Below are positions 57,205 to 60,742 of a stretch of 60,742 bases of DNA, in pieces. The stretch spans positions 1-60,742 of the forward strand of contig CAZHRW010000176.1 of NCBI GenBank assembly GCA_964535025.1, read 5' to 3'. The notes under the pieces are model-generated. The model saw only the letters and a program-made list of their open reading frames with translations. It ran no database searches and was not told the origin of the DNA. Source of the stretch: an uncultured Planctomycetales bacterium (GTDB taxonomy: Bacteria > Planctomycetota > Phycisphaerae > SM23-33 > FEN-1343). The position numbers were made by a program, and so were the translations under genes. Position 1 is the first letter of the stretch; every line of letters begins with the position of its first letter.

Positions 57205-57218
57205 GGCTCTGTCTCCTC

Positions 57219-57848
57219 TTATCGATAGATTGTGGCCGTACTGGCAACCTTTTTGAATTCGTACCGGTCGGACCAGACGATCCGACCTGACCCACGTTCG
57301 ATAAGCTCGAAAGTGATCAGAAAATAAGAACTCCTGGCCCCAGTGGCGGGAACGACTTTTGATATTGAACGGATAGCGCCGCCAAGGCGGTAGTCCCAGC
57401 CCAGTCTCGTGGAGGGCGAGACAACGGCCCCGGCTGTCACGTTGCCACTGGCCTCGGAAGCCCGCTCAGTCTCAATCATGTCGTCATAGTTGCGGCCCAG
57501 CACCTCGAAACGACCGCCGGAGACTTTTTGCAGATCAACGCGAAGGTAATCGGTGAACAAGGCCTTATCGATAATCTGCGTGCTCTCGTTCACGAAGTAC
57601 TGTTCGTCAAGCACGATTCGAGGTGCTCCGTTAGCTCCGACGATCTGCGGCGTGTTCATGATGGATCTCGCCATTCGATCGGCTGCGGCCCGCAGTTCTT
57701 TGGAGTCGATGCCGCAGCCCGGCAGAGGCTGGGACGGCGGGTCGACGAATGTGGAACTGCCTCCAGGGCGATTCTGGATGCGCGCACAGCTGGGCATCAC
57801 AAGCAGGACAAGTGCGACCAGAAGGGTGAAGACGGTTCTTGTTCTCAT
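57219..57848 (-). CDS. LpoB-like lipoprotein
   Basis: Signal + Cys; FVNEST..ID; DYRLGGAI; FELIERGSGRIVWS..FKK. Confidence 0.75.
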   Translation of the reverse strand: MRTRTVFTLLVALVLLVMPSCARIQNRPGGSSTFVDPPSQPLPGCGIDSKELRAAADRMARSIMNTPQIVGANGAPRIVLDEQYFVNESTQIIDKALFTDYLRVDLQKVSGGRFEVLGRNYDDMIETERASEASGNVTAGAVVSPSTRLGWDYRLGGAIRSISKVVPATGARSSYFLITFELIERGSGRIVWSDRYEFKKVASTATIYR

Positions 57849-57881
57849 AGCAGCATCTCCTGACGGGACGAGACGCCCCAC

Positions 57882-59150
57882 CTAGCGCGGGAACCATGCC
57901 AGCGCTATCGTAGGCCTCTCACCCGACGTCGCAGGTATCACAAAGGAACCTTGAGCGATTGCCTTATCGGCAATGTTTCGCAACTCGACCTGCACGGTGT
58001 CCCCAGGCTGCAGAGTGTTGCTGACCCATACATAGAAGTACCCGGGAATAGCCCCGACCTGTCGACTATCCGCATCGATGTCGATCTTTGTACTGCCATC
58101 AATGGCCGCCGCCGCGGCCAGTTGTATGGCCAAGCCTATCGGCCCGCCGACCGCGCCCGCCACGCCAAGCCCCACTGACCCAATCCCCTGAAGGTGCTGC
58201 CGGCTACGTTCGCGAGCGCGGATCATATCGTCGACGTTCCGTCGGCCGCGCGTAACTGCTTGAATATACACGCTGTCAGTCAGCCAAGCTGGGCAGCCCT
58301 CGACGTGCACGCTGGCCACCTTGGATTCTGCCGCCTCGTACATCAGTTGCCCTTGCCCGTACTTGACCGGAGGGGATCCGGCGCAGACGACCACGATGGT
58401 GAGACCCTTTGCGCCTAACCGAGCCAACGATTCGGTGTCCACCCAGCCTGCGTCATCGTATGTATCAGAGTATGTCGCTGCTATCATCTTAATGTGGTCG
58501 TCGGCGCGAACGTCGCTTCCGTAGAGCCGGAACGAGAGCGTCGTGAGTATGTCGGCGGTCAGCCAATTCGAGCGCATCTCGTCCTGCGTGGACATGGCAT
58601 CGGCAAGCGTGGCCTGAAGAAAGCAGCTCTTGGCGTTCTCGGGGTCGTTCTTCGCCAAGTAGACCAAGCCTCGGAAGATGTAGATTGCGGCGGTCTCGTG
58701 TGGTTCTCCCGCAAACGCCTTGGCGCGTTCCGAACCACCAGTGCCACGTACGCGGGATGTCTGGGATTCGTCGGCAGCGATTGCCTCTGACAGTTCCAGC
58801 GCACGATCGAGTGCGCGGGCCGCTATGTCCATTTCATTGGCGTAGCACGCCAGGATGCCGCAATCTGCCGCCCTTATAACCCCATATTGCCATGAGTCCT
58901 CGGCCATTCGGCTCTCCAGAAGGCGCAATGGGGGAGCAAGCTTCGCGACCTTCTGTTCGCTCCCCAGCAGGGCCACATGGAGGGGGTACACGCGCGACCC
59001 GTCGTAGGGGTCGACAAGGCGCAGGTCGCCACTGTTGACAGCTCGGTTGCTGCTGACCCAGAGTCCACAGCCTGAGCAAGCGACCAGGACCGTGCAGCAC
59101 AGCCCCAGAGCCAGCATGAGGCGAGACGCCGATGGAGGCGCGTAGATCAT
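57882..59150 (-). CDS. TPR-like lipoprotein (COG3014-like)
   Basis: Signal/lipobox, FAGEPHE motif, helical repeats, G.PPVK; operon context. Confidence 0.65.
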   Translation of the reverse strand: MIYAPPSASRLMLALGLCCTVLVACSGCGLWVSSNRAVNSGDLRLVDPYDGSRVYPLHVALLGSEQKVAKLAPPLRLLESRMAEDSWQYGVIRAADCGILACYANEMDIAARALDRALELSEAIAADESQTSRVRGTGGSERAKAFAGEPHETAAIYIFRGLVYLAKNDPENAKSCFLQATLADAMSTQDEMRSNWLTADILTTLSFRLYGSDVRADDHIKMIAATYSDTYDDAGWVDTESLARLGAKGLTIVVVCAGSPPVKYGQGQLMYEAAESKVASVHVEGCPAWLTDSVYIQAVTRGRRNVDDMIRARERSRQHLQGIGSVGLGVAGAVGGPIGLAIQLAAAAAIDGSTKIDIDADSRQVGAIPGYFYVWVSNTLQPGDTVQVELRNIADKAIAQGSFVIPATSGERPTIALAWFPR

Positions 59151-59770
59151 TGTGCCTGTGCTACCACATCCGGCATGACTTTAGCCATCAGGTCAGCCAT
59201 TGCCGCCTGGAATATCCTCTCATACTCTGCGGCTGTCCCCACGCCCAACCCTCCTTTGTGGATACCGACATACTCCTTGCTCGCGACCGGAGCGCCATTC
59301 CTGTGAACGATGATGTTTACCTTCAGTGTGCAGACTTGGCCGCCGAAGAACTTCATCTTGGAATAGCATTCACTCAGCGAACCGCTTATGCCTAGCTCAC
59401 AGTCAGGTGGCAGCGCTGTGACCTGAAGGGGCTGGAAACCGTGTTGATGAAGCTCTTTCGTAAGAGCATCGGTAATCCACGGACTCAGGTCCATCGACTT
59501 CGATACGACCGTGGCCGTCCTTATGTTGTAACCGTTGACGACGTCGCCGATCTCCCGGCCTTTGTCGTCGCGCAGCCGGCGATTCTGACAGACGTCCTGG
59601 ATTGGGGCCAGGTAGACTGCAATCCCGTTGCCTTGACTGGAGACCGCTGGCGTCGGGGTATAGCTCAGCGCGACCACGCGGTCACCAAACGCACACCCGA
59701 CGCATGACAACGAAAGCCCGATCAGTGCAATGACGTGAATACTGTGGATCCTCTTCCCTGCAAGAACCAT
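59147..59770 (-). CDS. Lipoprotein (YajG-like)
   Basis: CVGCAF lipobox; 4-nt overlap with the next gene. Confidence 0.6.
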   Translation of the reverse strand: MVLAGKRIHSIHVIALIGLSLSCVGCAFGDRVVALSYTPTPAVSSQGNGIAVYLAPIQDVCQNRRLRDDKGREIGDVVNGYNIRTATVVSKSMDLSPWITDALTKELHQHGFQPLQVTALPPDCELGISGSLSECYSKMKFFGGQVCTLKVNIIVHRNGAPVASKEYVGIHKGGLGVGTAAEYERIFQAAMADLMAKVMPDVVAQAQ

Positions 59771-59904
59771 TCTTCGTCTCCTCGAAGGAAAACCGGTGCA
59801 AGCCGCCTGGTACAGGTCAGTCGGCGCACAAACCGCGAAATGCAACGCCGCCTAGCGGATCCCCGTTGGACCCAATATAATAAGACGAGAAAGACGCAAC
59901 AAGT

Positions 59905-60318
59905 CCGAACCCATTCAGTCCTCCCCAAGACTTTTTTTAGACGGACGTGGCCCTCCATCAACTCGGCGATGACCTCGTCCTTGCGGGCCAGCTTGGCCGC
60001 GAGCTTCTCGACCCGCTCTTTGAGCCGGCGACTCTTGGCGTCGCCGGCCGAACGCCGACTCTCGAAGGCGGCCGGGCCGTTCTCGAAGAACTCCTTCTGC
60101 CAGCGGTAGAAAGCCGTGGGATTGCGGGCGTGCTTGTCGCAGACCTGAGAGACCGCAGCTTTCTCGACCAGATGCTCCTTCAAGATCGCCACCTTCTGCT
60201 GGGCTGTGAACCGCCGTCGAACGCGCTTCTGCGCGTCACCCATGGACATCTCCTTCCCGCTTGGTCGTACTATCTAACCGAAGCGGGCCGGATGTCCAAC
60301 TCCGACTGAACCTTTACA
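59905..60318 (-). mobile_element. IS3-family remnant (left end + orfA; orfB lost)
   Basis: TGTAAAGG terminus, HTH orfA RRRFTAQQKVAILKEHL...FYRWQKEFFENG, coiled coil, A7G slippery run, then unrelated sequence. Confidence 0.82.
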
Positions 60319-60433
60319 CCGTCGCAAACCCCGGACGAAACCCATTGTCGGAAAGGCCTATGTGAATTTACCACGACTGCGGACATGCGTCAAACAGAAA
60401 ACGGGACAATCTGGTTCGTTCTGGTTCGTTCGG

Positions 60434-60742
60434 GTAGAGTCGAGATGTGGCGCGGTGGCGACAGGAACGGGGAGTGGCCGTTGACCGGCGGCTTTCGCCG
60501 TGTGCCGGTGCCTCAGTCCGTTCGATAACTCCGTCTCCACATCCCGCTCATCGAACCGGACGTGCGGTTTTCCCGCATCCGGCTCTCGGACAAGGACTCA
60601 TGCGTTCGCACACGGATAGCGACGCGGAAGCCGCGGCAGACGCACCAGGCCGTATCGCTCGGCCAGGTGACGGTCGGAGTATCGTGAATCCCCGCCACTG
60701 TCCACCTTATGCTTCTCGCACAGCCACCGGCGGAGCCGCGTC
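60434..60742 (-). mobile_element. Group II intron, 3' portion (extends beyond window)
   Basis: DV GAGCCGGATGCGGGAAAACCGCACGTCCGGTTC (60553-60585); extended DVI ending CACATCTCGACTCTAC. Confidence 0.92.
60598..60741 (-). CDS. Group II intron-encoded RT/maturase, C-terminal end (partial)
   Basis: Manual translation TRLRRWLCEKHKVDSGGDSRYSDRHLAERYGLVRLPRLPRRYPCANA*; stops just before DV; no endonuclease domain. Confidence 0.8.
   Translation of the reverse strand, partial: TRLRRWLCEKHKVDSGGDSRYSDRHLAERYGLVRLPRLPRRYPCANA

Noticed and set aside
53525-60430. Integron with attC sites
   Set aside because: No RYYYAAC...GTTRRRY palindromes seen after the cargo genes and no integrase in the window; the recurring repeat is intron-derived

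Overview
High-GC bacterial window, most likely Planctomycetota (Phycisphaerae-like). This assignment rests on a LEPR-like/dockerin-like surface protein, a PEP-CTERM-like peptide, a DUF6655-like lipoprotein and the ribosomal gene order. The centre (about 5.6-39.5 kb, minus strand) is the translation/transcription supercluster: tRNA-Tyr/Gly/Thr, tuf, rpmG, tRNA-Trp, secE, nusG, rplKAJL, rpoBC, rpsLG, fusA, and the S10/spc/alpha genes. rpmD and infA are not at their usual positions. The left edge holds the 3' end of a diversity-generating retroelement: the RT C-terminus, an AAC-rich CLec/FGE-type template repeat overlapping the RT stop, and a structured spacer. Next to it are a tRNA-Leu 3' fragment, att-like repeats and a frameshifted NUDIX gene. 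The right end (53-60.7 kb) is a retroelement/mobile-DNA hotspot. It contains an ORF-less group II intron, the 3' end of a second IEP-encoding group II intron, and three tandem remnants of that intron's 3' terminus that separate blocks of cargo genes. It also contains an HUH/RAYT-type transposase invaded twice by a 24-25 bp mini-element and an IS3 remnant. All calls come from reading the sequence and the supplied ORFs; no database searches were run.
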